Notes under the pieces: generated by a model
The model's input: the letters and a program-made list of their open reading frames with translations, nothing else
Database searches by the model: none
Told to the model about the DNA's origin: nothing
Program-made: the position numbers and the translations under genes
Source of the DNA: Eledone cirrhosa
Lineage: Eukaryota
Length of the DNA stretch: 64,000 nt
NCBI GenBank assembly: GCA_964016885.1
Contig: OZ024745.1
Location: 64,604,001-64,668,000 of the forward strand
Reading direction: 5' to 3'
Shown: positions 27,201 through 40,980 of the stretch, piece by piece
Position numbering within the stretch: the stretch's first letter is position 1
Layout of the letters: every line of letters starts with the position of its first letter

Positions 27201-30200
27201 TCCATTCTTTATTTGGGTGATCCATTTTTTATTTGGGGGATCCATTTTTTATTTGGGTGATCCATTTTTTATTTGGGGGATCCATTTTTTATTTGGGTGA
27301 TCCATTTTTTATTTGGGGGATCCATTTTTTATTTCGGGGATCCATTTTTTATTTGGGTGATTCATTTTTTATTTGGGGGATCCATTTTTTATTTTGGGTG
27401 ATCCATTTTTTATTAGGGGGATCCATTTTTTATTTGGGTGATCCATTTTTATTTGTAGATCCATTTTTTATTTGGGTGATCCATTTTTTAATTGGATGAT
27501 CCATTTTTTATTTGGGGGATCCATTTTTTATTTGGGGGATCCATTATTTATTTGGGTGATCCATTTTTTATTTGGGTGATCCATTTTTTATTCGGGGGAT
27601 CCATTTTTTATTTGGGTGATCCATTTTTTATTTGGGTGATCCATTTTTTAATTGGGGATCCATTTTTTATTTAGTTGATCCACTTTTTAATTGGGTGATG
27701 CATTTTTTATTTGGGGGATCCATTTTTTATTTGGGGGATCCATTTTTTATTTGGGGGATCCATTGTTTATTTGGGTGATCCATTTTTTATTTGGGTGATC
27801 CATTTTTTATTTGGGGGATCCATTTTGTATTTGGGTGATCCATTTTTTATTTGGGTGATCCATTTTTTATTTGGGTGATCCATTTTTTATTTGTGGGATC
27901 CATTTTTTATTTGGGTGAACCATTTTTTATTTGGGGGATCCTTTTTTTATTTGGGTGATCCATTTTTTATTTGGGTGATCCATTTTTTATTTGGGGGATC
28001 CATTTTTTATTTGGGTGATCCATTTTTTATTTGGGTGATCCATTTTTTATTTGGGTGATCCATTTTTATTTGGAGATCCATTTTGTATTTGGGTGATCCA
28101 TTTTTTAATTGGGTGATCCATTTTTTATTTGGGTGATCCATTTTTTATTTGGGTGATCCATTTTTTATTTGGGGGATCCATTTTTTATTTGGGTGATCCA
28201 TTTTTTAATTGGGTGATCCATTTTTTATTTGGGGGATCCATTTTTTATTTGGGTGATCCATTTTTTATTTGGGTGATCCATTTTTTATTTGGGGGATCCA
28301 TTTTTTATTTGGGGGATCCATTTTTTATTTGGGTGATCCATTTTTTATTTGGGTGATCCATTTTTTATTTGGGGGGATCCATTTTTAATTTCGGTGATCT
28401 ATTTTTTATTTGGGGGATCCATTTTTTATTTGGGTGATCCATTTTTTATTTGGGGGATCCATTTTTTATTTGGGTGATCCATTTTTTATTTGGGTGATAC
28501 ATTTTTTAATTGGGTGATCCATTTTTTATTTGGGGGATCCATTTTTTATTTTGTGTGATCCATTTTTTACTAGGGGGATCCATTTTTTATTTGGGTGATC
28601 CATTTTTATTTGTAGATCCATTTTTTATTTGGGTGATCCATTTTTTAATTGGATGATCCATTTTTTATTTGGGGGATCCATTTTTTGTTTGGGGGATCCA
28701 TTATTTATTTGGGTGATCCATTTTTTATTTGGGTGATCCATTTTTTATTTGGGGGATCCATTTTTTATTTGGGTGATCCATTTTTTATTTGGGTGATCCA
28801 TTTTTTAATTGGGGGATCCATTTTTTATTTAGTTGATCCATTTTTTAATTGGGTGATCCATTTTTTATTTGGGGGATCCATTTTTTATTTGGGGGATCCA
28901 TTTCTTATTTGGGGGATCCATTGTTTATTTGGGTGATCCATTTTTTATTTGGGTGATCCATTTTTTATTAGGGGGATCCATTTTTTATTTGGGGGATCCA
29001 TTTTTTATTTGGGTGATCCATTTTTTATTTGGGTGATCCATTTTTTATTTGGGTGATCCATTTTTTATTTGGGGGATCCATTTTTTATTTGGGTGATCCA
29101 TTTTTTATTTGGGTGATACATTTTTTATTTGGGGGATCCATTTTTTATTTGGGTGATCCATTTTTTATTTGGGGGATCCATTTTTTATTTGGGGGATCCA
29201 TTTTTTATTTGGGTGATCCATTTTTTATTTGGGTGATCCATTTTTTATTTGGGGGGATCCATTTTTAATTTGGGTGATCCATTTTTTATTTGGGGGATCC
29301 ATTTTTTATTTGGGTGATCCATTTTTTATTTGGGCGATCCATTTTTTATTTGGGGGTCCATTTTTTATTTGGGGGATCCATTTTTATTTGGGTGATCCAT
29401 TTTTTATTTGGGGGATCCATTTTTTATTTGGGTGATCCATTTTTTATTTGGGTTGATCCCTTTTTTATTTGGGGGATCCATTTTTTATTTGGGTGATCCA
29501 TTTTTTATTTGGGGTATCCATTTTTTATTTGGGGGATCCATTTTTTATTTGGTTGATCCATTTTTTATTAGGGGGATCCATTTTTTATTTGGGTGATCCA
29601 TTTTAATTTGGAGATCCATTTTTTGTTTAGGTGATCCATTTTATAATTGGGTGATCCATTTTTTATTTGGGGGATCCATTTTTTATTTGGGGGATCCATT
29701 ATTTATTTGGGTGATCCATTTTTTATTTGGGTGATCCATTTTTTATTTGGGTGATCCATTTTTTATTTGGGTGATCCATTTTTTATTTGGGTGATCCATT
29801 TTTTTTTGGGGGGATCCATTTTTTATTTGGGTGATCCATTTTTTATTTGGGTGATCCATTTTTTATTTGAGGGATCCATTTTATATTTGGGTGATCCATT
29901 TTTTATTTGGGTGATCCATTTTTTATTTGGGGGATCCATTTTTTATTTGGGGGATCCATTTTTTATTTGGGGGATCCATTTTTTATTTGGGGGATCCATT
30001 TTTTATTTCGGGGATCCATTTTTTATTTGGGTGATTCATTTTTTATTTGGGGGATCCATTTTTTATTTGGGTGATCCATTTTTTTTATTTGGGGGTCCAT
30101 TTTTTATTTGGGTGATCCATTTTTTATTTGGATGATCCATTTTTTAATTGGGTGATCCATTTTTATTTGGGTGATCCATTTTTTACTTGGGGGATCCATT

Positions 30201-32700
30201 TTTTATTTGGGTGATCCATTTTTTATTTTGCTGATTCATTTTTTATTTGGGTGATCCATTTTTTATTTGGGGGATCCATTTTTTATTTGGGTGAACCATT
30301 TTTTATTTGGGAGATCCATTTTTTATTTGGGTGATCCATTTTTTATTTGGGTGATCCATTTTTTATTTGGGGGATCCATTTTTTATTTGGGTGATCCATT
30401 TTTTAATTGGGTGATCCATTTTTTATTTGGGGGATCCATTTTTTATTTCGGGGATCCATTTTTTATTTGGGTGATCCATTTTTATTTGGAGATTCATTTT
30501 GTATTTGGGTGATCCATTTTTTAATTGGGTGATCCATTTTTTATTTGGGTGACCCATTTTTTATTTGGGGGATCCATTTTTTATTTGGGTGATCCATTTT
30601 TTATTTGGGTGGTCCATTTTTTATTTGGGTGATCCATTTTTTATTTGGGGGATCCATTTTTTATTTGGGTGATCCATTTTTTATTTGGGGATCCATTTTT
30701 TATTTGGGTGATCCATTTTTTATTTGGGTGATCCATTTTTTATTTGGGGGATACATTTTTTATTTGGGTGATCCATTTTTTATTTGGGGGGGGTCCATTT
30801 TTTATTTGGGGGATCCATTTTTATTTGGGTGATCCATTTTTTATTTGGGGGATCCATTTTTTATTTGGGTGATCCCTTTTTTATTTGGGGGATCCATTTT
30901 TTATTTGGGTGATCCATTTTTTATTTGGGGGATCCATTTTTTATTTGGGGGATTCATTTTTTATTTGGGTGATCCATTTTTTATTAGGGGGATCCATTTT
31001 TTATTAGGGGGATCCATTTTTTATTTGGTTGATCCATTTTTATTTGGAGATCCATTTTTTATCTAGGTGATCCATTTTATAATTGGGTGATCCATTTTTT
31101 ATTTGGGGGATCCATTATTTATTTGGGTGATCCATTTTTTATTTGGGTGATCCATTTTTTATTTGGGTGATCCATTTTTTATTTGGGTGATCCATTCTTT
31201 ATTTGGGTGATCCATTTTTTATTTGGGGGATCCATTTTTTATTTGGGTGATCCATTTTTTATTTGGGGGTTCCATTTTTTATTTGGGTGATCCATTTTTT
31301 ATTTGGGGGATCCATTTTTTATTTCGAGGATCCATTTTTTATTTGGGTGATTCATTTTTTATTTGGGGGATCCATTTTTTATTTTGGGTGATCCATTTTT
31401 TATTAGGGGGATCCATTTTTTATTTGGGTGATCCATTTTTATTTGTAGATCCATTTTTTATTTGGGTGATCCATTTTTTAATTGGATGATCCATTTTTTA
31501 TTTGGGGGATCCATTTTTTATTTGGGGGATCCATTATTTATTTGGGTGATCCATTTTTTATTTGGGTGATCCATTTTTTATTCGGGGGATCCATTTTTTA
31601 TTTGGGTGATCCATTTTTTATTTGGGTGATCCATTTTTTAATTGGGGATCCATTTTTTATTTAGTTGATCCACTTTTTAATTGGGTGATGCATTTTTTAT
31701 TTGGGGGATCCATTTTTTATTTGGGGGATCCATTTTTTATTTGGGGGATCCATTGTTTATTTGGGTGATCCATTTTTTATTTGGGTGATCCATTTTTTAT
31801 TTGTGGGATCCATTTTGTATTTGGGTGATCCATTTTTTATTTGGGTGATCCATTTTTTATTTGGGTGATCCATTTTTTATTTGTGGGATCCATTTTTTAT
31901 TTGGGTGAACCATTTTTTATTTGGGGGATCCTTTTTTTATTTGGGTGATCCATTTTTTATTTGGGTGATCCATTTTTTATTTGGGGGATCCATTTTTTAT
32001 TTGGGTGATCCATTTTTTATTTGGGTGATCCATTTTTTATTTGGGGGATCCATTTTTTATTTGGGTGATCCATTTTTATTTGGAGATCCATTTTGTATTT
32101 GGGTGATCCATTTTTTAATTGGGTGATCCATTTTTTATTTGGGTGATCCATTTTTTATTTGGGTGATCCATTTTTTATTTGGGGGATCCATTTTTTATTT
32201 GGGTGATCCATTTTTTAATTGGGTGATCCATTTTTTATTTGGGGGATCCATTTTTTATTTGGGTGATCCATTTTTTATTTGGGTGATCCATTTTTTATTT
32301 GGGGGATCCATTTTTTATTTGGGGGATCCATTTTTTATTTGGGTGATCCATTTTTTATTTGGGTGATCCATTTTTTATTTGGGGGGATCTATTTTTAATT
32401 TCGGTGATCTATTTTTTATTTGGGGGATCCATTTTTTATTTGGGTGATCCATTTTTTATTTGGGGGATCCATTTTTTATTTGGGTGATCCATTTTTTATT
32501 TGGGTGATCCATTTTTTAATTGGGTGATCCATTTTTTATTTGGGGGATCCATTTTTTATTTGGGTGATCCATTTTTTATTTGGGTGGTCCATTTTTTATT
32601 TGGGTGATCCATTTTTTATTTGGGGGATCCATTTTTTATTTGGGTGATCCATTTTTTATTTGGGGATCCATTTTTTATTTGGGTGATCCATTTTTTATTT
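24280..32700 (+). repeat. ~4.0-kb imperfect tandem higher-order duplication
   Basis: Offsets 4268 (24381/28649, 24761/29029) then 3989-4010 (25778/29767, 27492/31482, 28129/32139). Marker TTTTGTGTGATCC..ACTAGGGGG lies at ~24281 and ~28549. Confidence 0.8.
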
Positions 32701-34080
32701 GGGTGATCCATTTTTTATTTGGGGGATCCATTTTTTATTTGGGGGATCCATTTTTTATTTGGGGGATCCATTGTTTATTTGGGTGATCCATTTTTTATTT
32801 GGGTGATTCATTTTTTATTTGGGGGATCCATTTTTTATTTTGGGTGATCCATTTTTTATTAGGGGGATCCATTTTTTATTTGGGTGATCCATTTTTATTT
32901 GTAGATCCATTTTTTATTTGGGTGATCCATTTTTTAATTGGATGATCCATTTTTTATTTGGGGGATCCATTTTTTATTTGGGGGATCCATTATTTATTTG
33001 GGTGATCCATTTTTTATTTGGGTGATCCATTTTTTATTCGGGGGATCCATTTTTTATTTGGGTGATCCATTTTTTATTTGGGTGATCCATTTTTTAATTG
33101 GGGATCCATTTTTTATTTAGTTGATCCACTTTTTAATTGGGTGATGCATTTTTTATTTGGGGGATCCATTTTTTATTTGGGGGATCCATTTTTTATTTGG
33201 GGGATCCATTGTTTATTTGGGTGATCCATTTTTTATTTGGGTGATCCATTTTTTATTTGTGGGATCCATTTTGTATTTGGGTGATCCATTTTTTATTTGG
33301 GTGATCCATTTTTTATTTGGGTGATCCATTTTTTATTTGTGGGATCCATTTTTTATTTGGGTGAACCATTTTTTATTTGGGGGATCCTTTTTTTATTTGG
33401 GTGATCCATTTTTTATTTGGGTGATCCATTTTTTATTTGGGGGATCCATTTTTTATTTGGGTGATCCATTTTTTATTTGGGTGATCCATTTTTTATTTGG
33501 GGGATCCATTTTTTATTTGGGTGATCCATTTTTATTTGGAGATCCATTTTGTATTTGGGTGATCCATTTTTTAATTGGGTGATCCATTTTTTATTTGGGT
33601 GATCCATTTTTTATTTGGGTGATCCATTTTTTATTTGGGGGATCCATTTTTTATTTGGGTGATCCATTTTTTAATTGGGTGATCCATTTTTTATTTGGGG
33701 GATCCATTTTTTATTTGGGTGATCCATTTTTTATTTGGGTGATCCATTTTTTATTTGGGGGATCCATTTTTTATTTGGGGGATCCATTTTTTATTTGGGT
33801 GATCCATTTTTTATTTGGGTGATCCATTTTTTATTTGGGGGGATCTATTTTTAATTTCGGTGATCTATTTTTTATTTGGGGGATCCATTTTTTATTTGGG
33901 TGATCCATTTTTTATTTGGGTGATCCATTTTTTATTTGGGGGATCCATTTTTTATTTGGGTGATCCATTTTTTATTTGGGGATCCATTTTTTATTTGGGT
34001 GATCCATTTTTTATTTGGGTGATCCATTTTTTATTTGGGGGATCCATTTTTTATTTGGGTGATCCATTTTTAATTTGGGG
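31340..34080 (+). repeat. 1456-bp tandem duplication private to super-repeat copy 1
   Basis: ORF pairs 31482/32938, 31881/33337 and 32139/33595 have offset 1456. The second copy lacks 140 bp (33337/34214 offset is 877 = 1017-140). Confidence 0.8.
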
Positions 34081-37000
34081 GTCCATTGTTTATTTGGGTG
34101 ATCCATTTTTTATTTGGGTGATCCATTTTTTATTTGTGGGATCCATTTTGTATTTGGGTGATCCATTTTTTATTTGGGTGATCCATTTTTTATTTGGGTG
34201 ATCCATTTTTTATTTGTGGGATCCATTTTTTATTTGGGTGAACCATTTTTTATTTGGGGGATCCTTTTTTTATTTGGGTGATCCATTTTTTATTTGGGTG
34301 ATCCATTTTTTATTTGGGGGATCCATTTTTTATTTGGGTGATCCATTTTTTATTTGGGTGATCCATTTTTTATTTGGGGGATCCATTTTTTATTTGGGTG
34401 ATCCATTTTTATTTGGAGATCCATTTTGTATTTGGGTGATCCATTTTTTAATTGGGTGATCCATTTTTTATTTGGGTGATCCATTTTTTATTTGGGTGAT
34501 CCATTTTTTATTTGGGGGATCCATTTTTTATTTGGGTGATCCATTTTTTAATTGGGTGATCCATTTTTTATTTGGGGGATCCATTTTTTATTTGGGTGAT
34601 CCATTTTTTATTTGGGTGATCCATTTTTTATTTGGGGGATCCATTTTTTATTTGGGGGATCCATTTTTTATTTGGGTGATCCATTTTTTATTTGGGTGAT
34701 CCATTTTTTATTTGGGGGGATCCATTTTTTATTTCGGTGATCTATTTTTTATTTGGGGGATCCATTTTTTATTTGGGTGATCCATTTTTTATTTGGGGGA
34801 TCCATTTTTTATTTGGGTGATCCATTTTTTATTTGGGTGATCCATTTTTTAATTGGGTGATCCATTTTTTATTTGGGGGATCCATTTTTTATTTGGGTGA
34901 TCCATTTTTTATTTGGGTGGTCCATTTTTTATTTGGGTGATCCATTTTTTATTTGGGGGATCCATTTTTTATTTGGGTGATCCATTTTTTATTTGGGGAT
35001 CCATTTTTTATTTGGGTGATCCATTTTTTATTTGGGTGATCCATTTTTTATTTGGGGGATCCATTTTTTATTTGGGTGATCCATTTTTAATTTGGGGGTC
35101 CATTTTTTATTTGGGGGATCCATTTTTATTTGGGTGATCCATTTTTTATTTTGGGGATCCATTTTTTATTTGGGTGATCCATTTTTTATTTGGGTTGATC
35201 CCTTTTTTATTTGGGGGATCCATTTTTTATTTGTGTGATCCATTTTTTATTTGGGGGATCCATTTTTTATTTGGGGGATCCATTTTTTATTTGGTTGATC
35301 CATTTTTTATTAGGGGGATCCATTTTTTATTTGGGTGATCCATTTTAATTTGGAGATCCATTTTTTGTTTAGGTGATCCATTTTATAATTGGGTGATCCA
35401 TTTTTTATTTGGGGGATCCATTTTTTATTTGGGGGATCCATTATTTATTTGGGTGATCCATTTTTTATTTGGGTGATCCATTTTTTATTTGGGTGATCCA
35501 TTTTTTATTTGGGTGATCCATTTTTTATTTGGGTGATCCATTTTTTATTTGGGGGATCCATTTTTTATTTGGGTGATCCATTTTTTATTTGGGTGATCCA
35601 TTTTTTATTTGAGGGATCCATTTTATATTTGGGTGATCCATTTTTTATTTGGGTGATCCATTTTTTATTTGGGGGATCCATTTTTTATTTGGGGGATCCA
35701 TTTTTTATTTGGGGGATCCATTTTTTATTTGGGGGATCCATTTTTTATTTCGGGGATCCATTTTTTATTTGGGTGATTCATTTTTTATTTGGGGGATCCA
35801 TTTTTTATTTGGGTGATCCATTTTTTTTTTATTTGGGGGTCCATTTTTTATTTGGGTGATCCATTTTTTATTTGGATGATCCATTTTTTAATTGGGTGAT
35901 CCATTTTTATTTGGGTGATCCATTTTTTACTTGGGGGATCCATTTTTTATTTGGGTGATCCATTTTTTATTTTGCTGATTCATTTTTTATTTGGGTGATC
36001 CATTTTTTATTTGGGGGATCCATTTTTTATTTGGGTGAACCATTTTTTATTTGGGAGATCCATTTTTTATTTGGGTGATCCATTTTTTATTTGGGTGATC
36101 CATTTTTTATTTGGGGGATCCATTTTTCATTTGGGTGATCCATTTTTTATTTGGGTGATCCATTTTTTATTTGGGGGATCCATTTTTTATTTCGGGGATC
36201 CATTTTTTATTTGGGTGATCCATTTTTATTTGGAGATTCATTTTGTATTTGGGTGATCCATTTTTTAATTGGGTGATCCATTTTTTATTTGGGTGACCCA
36301 TTTTTTATTTGGGGGATCCATTTTTTATTTGGGTGATCCATTTTTTATTTGGGTGGTCCATTTTTTATTTGGGTGATCCATTTTTTATTTGGGGGATCCA
36401 TTTTTTATTTGGGTGATCCATTTTTTATTTGGGTGATCCATTTTTTATTTGGGTGATCCATTTTTTATTTGGGGGATACATTTTTTATTTGGGTGATCCA
36501 TTTTTTAATTGGATGATCCATTTTTTATTTGGGGGATCCATTTTTTATTTGGGGGATCCATTATTTATTTGGGTGATCCATTTTTTATTTGGGTGATCCA
36601 TTTTTTATTCGGGGTATCCATTTTTTATTTGGGTGATCCATTTTTTATTTGGGTGATCCATTTTTTAATTGGGGATCCATTTTTTATTTAGTTGATCCAC
36701 TTTTTAATTATGTGATGCATTTTTTATTTGGGGGATCCATTTTTTATTTGGGGGATCCATTTTTTATTTGGGGGATCCATTGTTTATTTGGGTGATCCAT
36801 TTTTTATTTGGGTGATCCATTTTTTATTTGGGGGATCCATTTTGTATTTGGGTGATCCATTTTTTATTTGGGTGATCCATTTTTTATTTGGGTGATCCAT
36901 TTTTTATTTTTGGGATCCATTTTTTATTTGGGTGAACCATTTTTTATTTGGGGGATCCTTTTTTTATTTGGGTGATCCATTTTTTATTTGGGTGATCCAT

Positions 37001-40000
37001 TTTTTATTTGGGGGATCCATTTTTTATTTGGGTGATCCATTTTTTATTTGGGTGATCCATTTTTTATTTGGGGGATCCATTTTTTATTTGGGTGATCCAT
37101 TTTTATTTGGAGATCCATTTTGTATTTGGGTGATCCATTTTTTAATTGGGTGATCCATTTTTTATTTGGGTGATCCATTTTTTATTTGGGTGATCCATTT
37201 TTTATTTGGGGGATCCATTTTTTATTTGGGTGATCCATTTTTTAATTGGGTGATCCATTTTTTATTTGGGGGATCCATTTTTTATTTGGGTGATCCATTT
37301 TTTATTTGGGTGGTCCATTTTTTATTTGGGTGATCCATTTTTTATTTGGGGGATCCATTTTTTATTTGGGTGATCCATTTTTTATTTGGGGATCCATTTT
37401 TTATTTGGGTGATCCATTTTTTATTAGGGGGATCCATTTTTTATTTGGGTGATCCATTTTTATTTGGAGATCCATTTTTTATTTAGGTGATCCATTTTAT
37501 AATTGGGTGATCCATTTTTTATTTGGGGGATCCATTTTTTATTTGGAGGATCCATTATTTATTTGGGTGATCCATTTTTTATTTGGGTGATCCATTTTTT
37601 ATTTGGGTGATCCATTTTTTATTTGGGGGATCCATTTTTTATTTGGGTGATCCATTTTTTATTTGGGTGATCCATTTTTTATTTGGGGGATCCATTTTAA
37701 TTTGGGTGATCCATTTTTTATTTGGGGGATCCATTTTTTATTCGGGTGATACATTTTTTATTTGGGTGATACATTTTTTATTTGGGGGATCCATTTTTTA
37801 TTTGGGTGATCCATTTTTTATTTGGGGGATCCATTTTTTATTTGGGGGATCCATTTTTTATTTGGGTGATACATTTTTTATTTGGGTGATCCATTTTTTA
37901 TTTGGGGGGATCCATTTTTAATTTGGGTGATCCATTTTTTATTTGGGGGATCCATTTTTTATTTGGGTGATCCATTTTTTATTTGGGGGATCCATTTTTT
38001 ATTTGGGTGATTCATTTTTTATTTGGGTGATCCATTTTTTAATTGGGTGATCCATTTTTTATTTGGGGGATCCATTTTTTATTTGGGTGATCGATTTTTT
38101 ATTTGGGTGGTCCATTTTTTATTTGGGTGATCCATTTTTTAATTGGGGGATCCATTTTTTATTTGGGTGATCCATTTTTTATTTGGGGATCCATTTTTTA
38201 TTTGGGTGATCCATTTTTTATTTGGGTGATCCATTTTTTATTTGGGGGATCCATTTTTTATTTGGGTGATCCATTTTTTATTTGGGGGGTCCATTTTTTA
38301 TTTGGGGGATCCATTTTTATTTGGGTGATCCATTTTTTATTTGGGGGATCCATTTTTTATTTGGGTGATCCATTTTTTATTTGGGTTGATCCCTTTTTTA
38401 TTTGGGGGATCCATTTTTTATTTGGGTGATCCATTTTTTATTTGGGGGATCCATTTTTTATTTGGGGGATCCATTTTTTATTTGGGTGATCCATTTTTTA
38501 TTAGGGGGATTCATTTTTATTTGGGTGATCCATTTTTATTTGGAGATCCATTTTTTATTTAGGTGATCCATTTTATAATTGGGTGATCCATTTTTTATTT
38601 GGGGGATCCATTTTTTATTTGGGGGATCCATTATTTATTTGGGTGATCCATTTTTTATTTGGGTGATCCATTTTTTATTTGGGTGATCCATTTTTTATTT
38701 GGGTGATCCATTTTTTATTTGGGTGATCCATTTTTTATTTGGGGGATCCATTTTTTATTTGGGTGATCCATTTTTTATTTGGGTGATCCATTTTTTATTT
38801 GAGGGATCCATTTTATATTTGGGTGATCCATTTTTTATTTGGGTGATCCATTTTTTATTTGGGGGATCCATTTTTTATTTGGGTGATCCATTTTTTATTT
38901 GGGTGATCCATTTTTTATTTGGGGGTTCCATTTTTTATTTGGGTGATCCATTTTTTATTTGCGGGATCCATTTTTTATTTCGGGGATCCATTTTTTATTT
39001 GGGTGATTCATTTTTTATTTGGGGGATCCATTTTTTATTTGGGTGATCCATTTTTTATTTGGGGTATCCATTTTTCATTTGGGTGATCCATTTTTTATTT
39101 GGGTGATCCATTTTTTATTTGGGGGATCCATTTTTTATTTGGGTGATCCATTTTTTATTTGGGTGATCCAATTTTTATTTGGGTGATCCATTTTTTATTT
39201 GGGGGATCCATTTTTTATTTGGGTGATCCATTTTTTATTAGGGGGATCCATTTTTTATTTGGGTGATCCATTTTTATTTGTAGATCCATTTTTTATTTGG
39301 GTGATCCATTTTTTATTTGGGTGATCCATTTTTTAATTGGGGGATCCATTTTTTATTTAGTTGATCCATTTTTTAATTGGGTGATCCATTTTTTATTTGG
39401 GGGATCCATTTTTTATTTGGGTGATCCATTTTTTATTTGGGGGATCCATTTTTTATTTGGGTGATCCATTTTTTATTTGGGGGAACCATTTTTTATTTGG
39501 GTGATCCATCTTTTATTTGGGGGCTCCATTTTTTATTTCGGGGATCCATTTTTTATTTGGGTGATTCATTTTTTATTTGGGGGATCCATTTTTTATTTGG
39601 GGGATCCATTTTTTATTTGGTTGATCCATTTTTTATTTGGGTGATCCATTTTTTATTTGGGGGATCCATTTTTTATTTGGGTGATCCATTTTTTATTTGG
39701 GTGATCCACTTTTTACTTGGGGTATCCATTTTTTATTTCGGTGATCCATTTTTTATTTTGCTGATTCATTTTTTATTTGGGTGATCCATTTTTTATTTGG
39801 GGGATCCATTTTTTATTTGGGTGATCCATTTTTTATTTGGGGGATCCATTTTTTATTTGGGTGATCCATTTTTTATTTGGGTGATCCATTTTTTATTTGG
39901 GGGATCCATTTTTTATTTGGGGGATACATTTTTTATTTGGGTGATCCATTTTTATTTGGAGATCCATTTTGTATTTGGGTGATCCATTTTTTAATTGGGT

Positions 40001-40980
40001 GATCCATTTTTTATTTGGGTGATCCATTTTTTATTTGGGGGATCCATTTTTTATTTGGGTGATCCATTTTTTATTTGGGTGGTCCATTTTTTATTTGGGT
40101 GATCCATTTTTTATTTGGGTGATCCATTTTTTATTTGGGGGATCCATTTTTATTTGGGTGATCCATTTTTTATTTGGGTGATCCATTTTTTATTTGGGGG
40201 ATCCATTTTTTATTTGGGGGATCCATTTTTTATTTTGGGTGATCCATTTTTTATTAGGGGGATCCATTTTTTATTTGGGTGATCCATTTTTATTTGTAGA
40301 TCCATTTTTTATTTGGGTGATCCATTTTTTATTTGGGTGATCCATTTTTTAATTGGGGGATCCATTTTTTATTTAGTTGATCCATTTTTTAATTGGGTGA
40401 TCCATTTTTTATTTGGGGGATCCATTTTTTATTTGGGGGATCCATTTTTTATTTGGGGGATCCATTGTTTATTTGGGTGATCCATTTTTTATTTGGGTGA
40501 TCCATTTTTTAATTGGGTGATCCATTTTTTATTTGGGGGATACATTTTTTATTTGGGTGATCCATTTTTTATTTGGGTGGTCCATTTTTTATTTGGGTGA
40601 TCCATTTTTTATTTGGGGGATCCATTTTTTATTTGGGTGATCCATTTTTTAATTGGGTGATCCATTTTTTATTTGGGGGATCCATTTTTTATTTGGGTGA
40701 TCCATTTTTTATTTGGGTGGTCCATTTTTTATTTGGGTGAGCCATTTTTTATTTGGGGGATCCATTTTTTATTTGGGTGATCCATTTTTTATTTGGGGAT
40801 CCATTTTTTATTTGGGTGATCCATTTTTTATTTGGGTGATCCATTTTTTATTTGGGTGATCCATTTTTTACTTGGGGGATCCATTTTTTATTTGGGTGAT
40901 CCATTTTTTATTTTGCTGATTCATTTTTTATTTGAGTGATCCATTTTTTATTTGGGGGATCCATTTTTTATTTGGGTGGT

